Source: an uncultured Gammaproteobacteria bacterium (GTDB lineage Bacteria > Patescibacteriota > Patescibacteriia > UBA1558 > 2-01-FULL-52-15). From it: 64,000 bases of DNA. The notes below the pieces were generated by a model. That model saw nothing but the letters and a program-made list of their open reading frames with translations, did no database searches and was not told the DNA's origin. The position numbers were made by a program, and so were the translations under genes. Shown here in pieces: positions 50,690 to 58,275 of the stretch (position 1 is its first letter; each line of letters opens with the position of its first letter). Location: NCBI GenBank assembly GCA_964422585.1, contig CAYRBH010000003.1:11397-75396 (forward strand), written 5' to 3'.

Positions 50690-50716
50690 CTAAGTATGAA
50701 GTCGGCTAGTTTTTGG

Positions 50717-51481
50717 TCACTCTCCCTTAACGGCTTTGAACGTGACCATGATAGGATTGCCTTTCTCATCAGTGATAGGGCTGTCGTCTTTTGCATCGAA
50801 GCTGCCATTGCCATTATCTGTGTGCAGCATCGCGGCATAGTTGTTCCAAGTCGTCAGGGCAGACGGCATGGCTATAGAGACGATTTTATAGGTACCTGCT
50901 TGGAGCAGCTGGGAGTTCGCCAGTATAGGTCCGGGCTTTGATCCGGTCATGGTATGTATAGCTACATATCCCGGCGCGCCAAGAAGAACGGTATCAATGA
51001 TGACGGCATTGCCGGTGGTCTGTGTTTTGACCTGCAAGCCATTATTTCCTGAGATCATACTCGCGACATTCGTGCCGCCGCAGACATATGCTGTGTCAAA
51101 GGTCAGCGCCGCTATCTCCGCGCAATCTGCTGATGGCTTCGCGACCCCCGCAGTGCAATAGATGCGCTTGCCATCTTTGTCGACATACGTGACTGTTTTC
51201 TGCGCAGTGCCATAGACAATCTTACTGTAGTCACCGGCAGTGTCGATGCGCTGTACGCCATTCACACAATACTTCTGGTACTGTTCGGTGGCAGTCAGGT
51301 TTTTGATAGCTTCGGTTTGCATGGCGGCTTGTTTGTCAGCCGCGTCTTGCTGCGCTTTCATCTCCGCCTCTTTTTGCAGATTTTGGCTGCTGAGTAAGTT
51401 CAGAAGCGTGATGCCAGCCAGCACCGCGACTGCGACAAGCAGTGCATAGATGGCTTGCTGTTTTTTTGTCGCTGATTTCAT
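50717..51481 (-). CDS. Secreted/membrane-anchored hypothetical protein with N-terminal TM and coiled-coil segment
   Basis: TM AIYALLVAVAVLAGITLLNLL followed by Q/A/K-rich predicted coiled coil. Confidence 0.35.
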   Translation of the reverse strand: MKSATKKQQAIYALLVAVAVLAGITLLNLLSSQNLQKEAEMKAQQDAADKQAAMQTEAIKNLTATEQYQKYCVNGVQRIDTAGDYSKIVYGTAQKTVTYVDKDGKRIYCTAGVAKPSADCAEIAALTFDTAYVCGGTNVASMISGNNGLQVKTQTTGNAVIIDTVLLGAPGYVAIHTMTGSKPGPILANSQLLQAGTYKIVSIAMPSALTTWNNYAAMLHTDNGNGSFDAKDDSPITDEKGNPIMVTFKAVKGE

Positions 51482-51542
51482 AGGATATAGCTAATTAATT
51501 ACTGGCCTAAGTATATCTCTTTTTGGGATTTTATTCGAGCTG

Positions 51543-52763
51543 CTAGGGAATGAGTTTTTGCACAGTGTCATTACGTTGCTTCATACTGAACGCATGCATC
51601 ACAACAATGATATTTCCATTTTTTTTGATGACAGCATTCCGTTGAGCTTCAGTTAGGTAGCCTGTTTTGGCGGCATCCGGACTGAAGGCCATGAGACTAT
51701 AGTTTCGGTTGGCAACTACTATGGTGCGCGGGGAACCATCGGCTCCGGTGACGTTGAATGTATAGGAGGTACGTACTCCTTGCTGAGCAATGCGATATGA
51801 ATCAAATGCTCTGCTGGCGATGATCGCCATTTCCTGAGGCGTGGTTACATTATTGGCATTGAGTCCGGTCATTTCAGAGAACCGCGTGTGACTTAGTTTG
51901 AAGTAAGCAGCTTTCTCATTCATTTTTTTGACAAACTCATCAGCGCTCAGCCCGCTGTTATCAGCAAGTATTTTTGCTGATTGATTCGATGAGGCCAGGA
52001 GCATGGCTACCCAGAGATCTTGTACCTGTACCTGATCACCTGCCCTGATATCGACTTCGCTAGTCGCATCGCCGCCGACAAGTGTTTTCGGATAGTTGAT
52101 TTCGTTCGCTGTGATGGTGATGGTTTTGTCAAAATCAATATTGGTATCGAGCAGCACCATGGCTGTCATCAGCTTCGTGAGTGACGCGAGTGGTAATATG
52201 GCTGTTGCGTTTTTACCTCCGGTAAAATGATCACCGTCATAGCGCACATAGGCAAGCGGCAATGAGAGCGGATCAAAGGCAATTTGTTTTGTAGTCATTC
52301 TGAGCTTGGCGAGTGACTTCGGACCTACGGTGATGCCCGTATCAGTTGCCAGCTGCTCTATGTTCGCGAAGGTATCCATCGGATACCGTTTGCCGGTCGC
52401 TGGACTGACATACCAGGAATTATTCGGATCACTGACATCACTGATCAGCCTGCCGCTGTATTTTCCCTCGTATGCTAGAGTAGTCGCAGTATGCGCGTCC
52501 GGTATCTTAGCGAATGTTGCAGCGGGCAATGCTAAAGCAAGGTTATCGGTGAGCCAGGCGAGATCGGCATCGTCACGGATGATATAACGGATATGTTTGA
52601 CAGGATCGGCATACCAGATGCGATCAGAATTTTTTTCCAAAAGAAGGTTACCAGAAAGCTGTGTGAGCGAATATACTTTTTCAGCAGGAGCTTTCGCTGC
52701 CTGAGCAGGCATCAGAGGAGCGAGAGTCAGCAAAACTAATACCAAGGTAATTATTTTTTTCAT
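51543..52763 (-). CDS. Serine-type D-Ala-D-Ala carboxypeptidase (peptidase S11 / PBP5-like) with extra N-terminal domain
   Basis: SxxK (ASLTK), SxN (SSN) and KTG (AAKTGY) motifs. Signal peptide MKKIITLVLVLLTLAPLMPAQA after trimming the start to 52763. Confidence 0.75.
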   Translation of the reverse strand: MKKIITLVLVLLTLAPLMPAQAAKAPAEKVYSLTQLSGNLLLEKNSDRIWYADPVKHIRYIIRDDADLAWLTDNLALALPAATFAKIPDAHTATTLAYEGKYSGRLISDVSDPNNSWYVSPATGKRYPMDTFANIEQLATDTGITVGPKSLAKLRMTTKQIAFDPLSLPLAYVRYDGDHFTGGKNATAILPLASLTKLMTAMVLLDTNIDFDKTITITANEINYPKTLVGGDATSEVDIRAGDQVQVQDLWVAMLLASSNQSAKILADNSGLSADEFVKKMNEKAAYFKLSHTRFSEMTGLNANNVTTPQEMAIIASRAFDSYRIAQQGVRTSYTFNVTGADGSPRTIVVANRNYSLMAFSPDAAKTGYLTEAQRNAVIKKNGNIIVVMHAFSMKQRNDTVQKLIP

Positions 52764-52893
52764 AGACAAGATTAAGTATAGCAAAGACAATGTTATTTTG
52801 GTATGGATGATTGACATTTTTATAGTTTTATGGTATCTTCTGCTGTTGCAAAAATGTGAAATACACAACATTCAGGATACAGGAGGTATCACA

Positions 52894-53799
52894 ATGAGCG
52901 CTCGATCTTTTCCATATACAACAACGAACGGCCATATCATCGGCATCGTCATGAAGGAGCTTGTCAGGCGAGCCATCGTCGAGATCGACAAGTACAGTTT
53001 TGCTCACGAAGTTATTCCGAAAAAAGGTCTTTCAAGAAAGGACGATTTCAAGACCACAGGAGACAATAAAGCTCAGAAATCGTACCTTCGCTCACTTGGT
53101 GAGTGCTTTCCCGATCTCGGAATCGTCGCTGAAGAAGACGATGTCTTTGTAGCTCGCAAGCACAAGGGACAATTGGTCTACTTCACCGTAGACCCGCTCG
53201 ACGGTACTCGGGCCTATGTCCGTGGAGCATCGCACGGTGTAGGCACGATGATTGCGCTTGTGCATGGCCAGCGTATCGTCGCAGCTTACGTGGGGGATGC
53301 GAATACGCGCGAGATCTACGGTTACAGGCCGGACTCGGATGCAGTTCGTCGCATCAGCAAGTACGAAGTCAGCCGGAAGCTCAGGATCAATCCTCGTCGG
53401 CCTCTTTCCCGCCAGTACATCTTGCTTCGGGAAGAGCCTGCTGTTCACTCTAAGATCGCGCAGAGGCTCATAACTAACGTTTCGAAGGGTGGCGCTTTCA
53501 AAGGCTTGGAGGTCACCGGTGGTTCCATCGGGATCGCGATCGCGCGTCTCTGGAAAGGCGAAGTCGGCGCAGCCTTGCTTCAGGCCGGAGTTCAGGCACC
53601 TTGGGATTGGGCCCCGGTAGTCGGCATCTCGAAGAAGCTTGGTTTCAGATTCTTTTATCTCGTTAAGGACGAGATCCGGGAATTCGAGCCGCTGCTCTCG
53701 ATGAAGTCGTATCGCACGGGTCACGAGATGCTGATAGTGCATGCAAGTCGCGCGCCTGAGCTCGCTCGGTGGTTGCGAGGCTTTAAGAAGCGCCCCTAA
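52894..53799 (+). CDS. Inositol monophosphatase family protein (IMPase/CysQ-like)
   Basis: FTVDPLDGTRAY and WDWAP motifs. AGGAGG RBS 7 nt upstream of the ATG at 52894. ORF-track start 52798 trimmed. Confidence 0.75.
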   Translation: MSARSFPYTTTNGHIIGIVMKELVRRAIVEIDKYSFAHEVIPKKGLSRKDDFKTTGDNKAQKSYLRSLGECFPDLGIVAEEDDVFVARKHKGQLVYFTVDPLDGTRAYVRGASHGVGTMIALVHGQRIVAAYVGDANTREIYGYRPDSDAVRRISKYEVSRKLRINPRRPLSRQYILLREEPAVHSKIAQRLITNVSKGGAFKGLEVTGGSIGIAIARLWKGEVGAALLQAGVQAPWDWAPVVGISKKLGFRFFYLVKDEIREFEPLLSMKSYRTGHEMLIVHASRAPELARWLRGFKKRP

Positions 53800-53821
53800 G
53801 GCGCAACGGTTTTCTCTCGGA

Positions 53822-53859
53822 CCTGCCCGGTCATCACGACGGGCAGGTTCTTCTTTTTT
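53822..53859 (+). terminator. Rho-independent terminator (stem CCTGCCCG/CGGGCAGG, 10 nt loop, TTCTTCTTTTTT)
   Basis: Read at 53822-53859, directly after the IMPase stop. Confidence 0.7.
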
Positions 53860-53877
53860 AAAACAGTACTTAGATGA

Positions 53878-54411
53878 CTAGTCAAGCTGTACTATTTCAA
53901 GGACTTTCGCATATACTTCATCAGGCAGGCCATTAGCGTCTACACGGATGATATCAGGTCTGTCCAGCTGTGTAATGAAGTCATACTTATGCAGTATGTC
54001 TTCAAAGACATCGCCTCCCAGATTGAAATGCATAGCATTGGTTTCCCCTCGTTTTAGTACTCTTTCTCGATGCGTCTCTAAAGAGCATACAAGAATGATT
54101 GGAATAATATGGACATGTTCAAATTCTTTCTGTAACTCATCCAGTGTTGTCCAGGTCCGTTCGTGGCACATATTTGCATCAAGGATGAAACTGACGCCAA
54201 CCCTTACATTTTTTTTCAGTAGATACCACAACAAATCGTAACCAATCGGAGATATTTCATGGAATTCCATTTTTAATCCAGGTTTCAGGCCTGCATTGAA
54301 ATCATCCGGATTGAAAAAAGGAAGGTTATAATCTGCCGCCAGCCTTTCGACAATGGTCGTTTTGCCGGCACCAGCAAAGCCCCCGAGTACAATTAATTTT
54401 GTTTGTAACAT
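53878..54411 (-). CDS. P-loop NTPase / predicted kinase (AAA_33 / zeta-toxin-like fold)
   Basis: Walker A LGGFAGAGKTT. 177 aa. AT-rich. Confidence 0.45.
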   Translation of the reverse strand: MLQTKLIVLGGFAGAGKTTIVERLAADYNLPFFNPDDFNAGLKPGLKMEFHEISPIGYDLLWYLLKKNVRVGVSFILDANMCHERTWTTLDELQKEFEHVHIIPIILVCSLETHRERVLKRGETNAMHFNLGGDVFEDILHKYDFITQLDRPDIIRVDANGLPDEVYAKVLEIVQLD

Positions 54412-54423
54412 TATCGTTAGAAA

Positions 54424-55560
54424 TTACTTCAAATACCTCTGCCCCCTTAGCTTATCAGGTAAGTAGCTTTCCTTCGAATATTTTTCATATCCCTTTCCAT
54501 AGCCGAGATTTTTCATGAGTTTGGTCGGAGCATTCCGCACTTCCATGGGTATTGGCAGATTACCATATTTTTTCACATCAGCCATCGCCTCTTGCAAGGC
54601 ATCATAGGATGAACGATCTTTTTTGCAATTCGCAAGATAGCTCACGCCATGTGCTAAGTTGATCGCACATTCCGGATAGCCGATAGTTTCGCAGGCACGG
54701 AATACTGCGTTGGCGACAACTAAAGCGGTCGGCTGTGCCAAGCCAATATCTTCTGAAGCGAAAATGACCATGCGCCGCGCAATGAATAAGGGATCCTCGC
54801 CGCTATCAACCATCCGTGCAAGATAGTAGAGCGCGGCATCGGGCTGTGACGCGCGCATTGATTTGATAAAGGCCGAGATAGTATTGTAATGCTCTTCACC
54901 TTTCTTGTCATAGCGCAAGAATTTCGATTGCAAGGCATTCTGGAGATGCTCGAGTGTTATCGTTTTGTAGAGGTTCGCGGTATTGTCGATCATCGTCAAT
55001 GCTTGCCGGGCATCGCCATTAGCCATTTGTATCAGCCACTCTTTCGCATCCTTTTTTAATTTAAATCCTGTCCGGTCGATAATCTCGGCCATGTCTTTTT
55101 CTGAGAGTTCATTCAGGACAAAGACTCTGCAGCGAGAGAGGAGCGGTGCTATCACCTCGAAGCTCGGATTCTCAGTTGTTGCGCCGATCAAGGTTAAGTC
55201 ACCTGATTCAACATAGGGAAGCAGGAAGTCTTGTTGTGCTTTATTGAAGCGGTGGATTTCATCCAGGAACAATAAAGCTGGTTTTGCTCCCAGCTTCTGC
55301 TGCGCTTTCGGAATGATAGCGCGAATATCATCTTTGCCGGCGCTGACAGCGGAGAGTTCATGGAGCTCAGCATCCAAGGCTTTCGCATAGATCCGTGCCA
55401 GTGTGGTTTTGCCAACGCCCGGAGGTCCCCAGAGAATAAAGGAAAATAAATGTTTCTTCTCGATCGCTTCGCGAAGTGGCTTCCCTTTACCAACTAAATG
55501 CTCCTGGCCGACAAAGTCGCCCAGTGATTTCGGTCGGATTTTTGCTGCGAGAGGTTCCAT
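54424..55560 (-). CDS. rarA: Replication-associated recombination protein A (AAA+ ATPase, MgsA/WRNIP1 family)
   Basis: FILWGPPGVGKTTLARIYA Walker A, LFLDEIHRFNKAQQD Walker B/sensor, MgsA C-terminal domain. Confidence 0.88.
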   Translation of the reverse strand: MEPLAAKIRPKSLGDFVGQEHLVGKGKPLREAIEKKHLFSFILWGPPGVGKTTLARIYAKALDAELHELSAVSAGKDDIRAIIPKAQQKLGAKPALLFLDEIHRFNKAQQDFLLPYVESGDLTLIGATTENPSFEVIAPLLSRCRVFVLNELSEKDMAEIIDRTGFKLKKDAKEWLIQMANGDARQALTMIDNTANLYKTITLEHLQNALQSKFLRYDKKGEEHYNTISAFIKSMRASQPDAALYYLARMVDSGEDPLFIARRMVIFASEDIGLAQPTALVVANAVFRACETIGYPECAINLAHGVSYLANCKKDRSSYDALQEAMADVKKYGNLPIPMEVRNAPTKLMKNLGYGKGYEKYSKESYLPDKLRGQRYLK

Positions 55561-55607
55561 AGTCCCCTCATAGTACGCTTACCCAGGAATCAGGTAAAGT
55601 CCTTATG

Positions 55608-55952
55608 TTAATGCATCATTCCTTGGGAGAGGTAGAGAGTGGCAGTTGTGGCAACGAATAGAAAAACGATAAAGGTGAGTAGCGCTATCAGCCCAATAGT
55701 AATTAGTAGCAGCGTAATCGCATCTTTTTTATTGCCGGAAAAAAATAAGTAAGCCGGTTTTCCCAAAACCAGCAATCCGGTAATGGCGGCCGAAGTTACG
55801 AACAGCATGAGCAAGAGGACAGGCGAAAGGACAGTATCCGGTACTGTGCCAAAGGCTTTCCCAATGGTTCTCATGATCCAGGCGATGATGGATACATAGG
55901 TAAGTACGCCGACCGCGCTCAATACAGCTGACGAGATGAGCCCTTTTTTCAT
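55608..55952 (-). CDS. Small 3-TM membrane protein (hypothetical)
   Basis: Three hydrophobic helices. 114 aa. Confidence 0.35.
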   Translation of the reverse strand: MKKGLISSAVLSAVGVLTYVSIIAWIMRTIGKAFGTVPDTVLSPVLLLMLFVTSAAITGLLVLGKPAYLFFSGNKKDAITLLLITIGLIALLTFIVFLFVATTATLYLSQGMMH

Positions 55953-56033
55953 ATAGGTGGAATGAGTTATTTATATAGATACTGTAGCTTTTCATCCGTA
56001 TTTAGACAAGAAAGAACGATGCATTGACAAACA

Positions 56034-56062
56034 AGCGTCTTTTGTTTAGATTAATCAATTCG
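56034..56062 (+). promoter_or_regulatory. Sigma70-like promoter TTGACA-N17-TAGATT for the small-gene cluster
   Basis: ttgaca 56034-56039, 17 nt spacer, tagatt 56057-56062. AAGGAGA RBS before the ATG at 56103. Confidence 0.5.
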
Positions 56063-56102
56063 CAAGATGCAACTTAATTCTGGTCAAAAGGAGAAGATCG
56101 GG

Positions 56103-56351
56103 ATGAGTAAACATGTGCAAGCTGTCCTTTCACCCCTAGGTTTCACGATCGAGATCGTCCCGAAGAAAGATGGTTACTACGCAGTGGTCTATTGCGCTGG
56201 CCTCGAGTGGTACCGCACCATCCTGGTTGTCGATCGTCGTTTCGGCGATCGGAGCCTCGAGACCAAGAAGACGGTTGTCAACTTCGCACGGTACTGGATC
56301 GAGTGCACTCATCCGGCCGCGTCGGTGCTCTCTATCGACACGGTCCAGTAA
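56103..56351 (+). CDS. Small hypothetical protein (82 aa)
   Basis: Start trimmed to MSKHVQ after an RBS. No recognised motif. Confidence 0.4.
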   Translation: MSKHVQAVLSPLGFTIEIVPKKDGYYAVVYCAGLEWYRTILVVDRRFGDRSLETKKTVVNFARYWIECTHPAASVLSIDTVQ

Positions 56352-56363
56352 AGGAGAAGACTG

Positions 56364-56672
56364 GTGAGCAGAACCAAAGAAGAGGCTATGCAATTGGCCC
56401 ATGATGCAGTAGTCGCGGCCATCGCGACAGTCCTGGGCCGCAGAACCGAAGAGATCAATGTACACGAGAGGCTCGTCAACGTAGGCGATTCACTCAGGAT
56501 CGTCGAGATCAACATGATGATCGAGGAGTCCCTTGACATCTCCATGTCGGATGCCGACGAGCGTCGGTTCACTCCGTCACAGGATGAGTTGATCAGGGCT
56601 CAGCGCCCGGGCACTGAGGATCCTACGATCGAGGATCTCATTCGCCTGTTCGGCGAGAAACTCGCTGCCTAG
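56364..56672 (+). CDS. Acyl-carrier-protein-like (PP-binding) protein with conserved DSL serine
   Basis: LVNVGDSLRIVEINMMIEESLDIS aligns to ACP LGADSLDTVELVMALEEEF. Acidic, about 100 aa. Confidence 0.55.
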   Translation: MSRTKEEAMQLAHDAVVAAIATVLGRRTEEINVHERLVNVGDSLRIVEINMMIEESLDISMSDADERRFTPSQDELIRAQRPGTEDPTIEDLIRLFGEKLAA

Positions 56673-56832
56673 CGAGTAGCAACGCGAAGAGCGAGATTCA
56701 GACAAGGCGGGACAATCCGAAAGGGTTGGCCCGCCTTACAGTTGACATCTTGTATATTCAGTGTTTTGATGTGCTGTACTGCGGCATTGGTGCCGTTGTG
56801 CGTTCATTCATCTCGTTGAGAGGAGCCCCGTC

Positions 56833-57099
56833 ATGAAGAGCGTAGCGAAGAAAGTGATAGAGCTTATCGCTGAACAGGCCGGCCTGCGGCCCGAGCAGAT
56901 TGAGCTTGAGAAGCGGCTCGCGGACTTCGAGTTCGATCAGTTCGACTGTGAGGAAATCCTCCTGTGGCTGGAGGAGCAGCACGGCATTAAGATCGATACT
57001 GCTGACGAGGAACGATTCAGCTCGATGACCGTGGAAGACATCATCGATCTCGTTAAGGAAAAGGTGGCGTCAAAAGGCGCGACTGAAGCCCATCAATGA
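56833..57099 (+). CDS. Acyl-carrier-protein-like protein lacking the phosphopantetheine-attachment serine (DQF in place of DSL)
   Basis: KVIELIAEQAGLRPEQIELEKRLADFEFDQFDCEEILLWLEEQHGIKI follows the ACP/DltC four-helix pattern, but Ser is replaced by Gln/Phe. Confidence 0.5.
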   Translation: MKSVAKKVIELIAEQAGLRPEQIELEKRLADFEFDQFDCEEILLWLEEQHGIKIDTADEERFSSMTVEDIIDLVKEKVASKGATEAHQ

Positions 57100-57143
57100 T
57101 GGGCTGCCTCATCGAGGTTGCTGCAAGCAAGAGATATGAGGAT

Positions 57144-57189
57144 GAGCGAGAAGGCCCAGAACCAGGCTGACTCGCTCTTTTCTTTTTAG
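57144..57189 (+). terminator. Stem-loop (GAGCGAG/CTCGCTC with 20 nt loop) followed by TTTTCTTTTT
   Basis: Read at 57144-57189, between the convergent ACP-like gene and the M23 peptidase gene. Confidence 0.45.
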
Positions 57190-58223
57190 AGGGAGTTTAG
57201 CTTCGCTCTGGTCTGAGGGCCTACTAATCCGATCTGGGGAATGCCGTAGGCTTTTTGAAATTTCAGGACAGCTAGACGCGTCGCGGCGCCATAGTAGCCA
57301 GTAAATGAGGCGTTTGTGAAGTAACCGAGACGCTTCAGTATGCTCTGTAGCTGTACCACCTGGGGACCTTTCGAGCCGAGTGATAAGTTGGTTGTAATCG
57401 CCTGATGGGTCGTAGAGGCAACGCTGGTACTCGTAATCGGCTTACCATCCCTTTGGAATATAACATTTGCAGTTAATTCGATAGGAAGGCCGGTGCGATA
57501 GTCTTGGTCAGTCGGAAGCAGCTTCGCTGTAGCTATGTTGTAGCCGATCGCTTTCGCTGTTGCTTCCGTAGCTATCGCGTATTTCGTATTGTTCGCAAGA
57601 AGATAGATGTTCGGATCGCCGCTGTATCGTATTAGAATACCATCTGGAATTTCACGAATAGTTTGCTTTGGCGCATTTGGTTTCGTCGCAGCAAGTAAGC
57701 TTTCATACGGATCGATAGGTGTGCCATCAGGTAGATGTATCTCGAAGTGAAGATGCGGGCCGACATTCTCGGCATTACCTGAATCGCCGACCCAGGCGAT
57801 TAATTGTCCTGCCTTGACTGACACGCCCTGCTCAATCCCAGGTGCATAGGCATGTTGCGGCCCACCTTTCCCATCATCGGTGCCAGGGTTATCATTGTTC
57901 AGATGCACATAGTCGTAGGTATAGCCTTCGGCATCTCGTAAGGAGAGATAGTAGCCATAGGATGGTTCAACCATAGGCGCGAAGATGATAGTACCGTCCG
58001 TTGCTGCGAGCACGGGGGTTAACTTATCGGCCATGATGTCATTGCCGATGTGTACCCGTCCTCCTGATCTGCCATCACCGAAGTCATCGGAGAAATGAGT
58101 GGGGCCATCGACCGGGAACACTATCGCTCGTATGAAACCAGCATGCGCTGGAGCAGGCGCATAAAAAAAGTGCAGGAGCAGCGCTACGGCACTGAGGTAA
58201 GGTAATGCGGTTCGGGTTCGCAT
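57186..58223 (-). CDS. M23 family metallopeptidase with C-terminal peptidoglycan-binding (PG_binding_1) domain
   Basis: HIGNDI (HxxxD) and GPHLHFEIH (HxH) motifs. C-terminal LQSILKRLGYFTNASFTGYYGAATRLAVLKFQKAYG. Confidence 0.85.
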   Translation of the reverse strand: MRTRTALPYLSAVALLLHFFYAPAPAHAGFIRAIVFPVDGPTHFSDDFGDGRSGGRVHIGNDIMADKLTPVLAATDGTIIFAPMVEPSYGYYLSLRDAEGYTYDYVHLNNDNPGTDDGKGGPQHAYAPGIEQGVSVKAGQLIAWVGDSGNAENVGPHLHFEIHLPDGTPIDPYESLLAATKPNAPKQTIREIPDGILIRYSGDPNIYLLANNTKYAIATEATAKAIGYNIATAKLLPTDQDYRTGLPIELTANVIFQRDGKPITSTSVASTTHQAITTNLSLGSKGPQVVQLQSILKRLGYFTNASFTGYYGAATRLAVLKFQKAYGIPQIGLVGPQTRAKLNSL

Positions 58224-58275
58224 GTGTAGTGATATTAATGAATCTAGCTAAGAAGACGCTCGCTAGGAGCCTATC

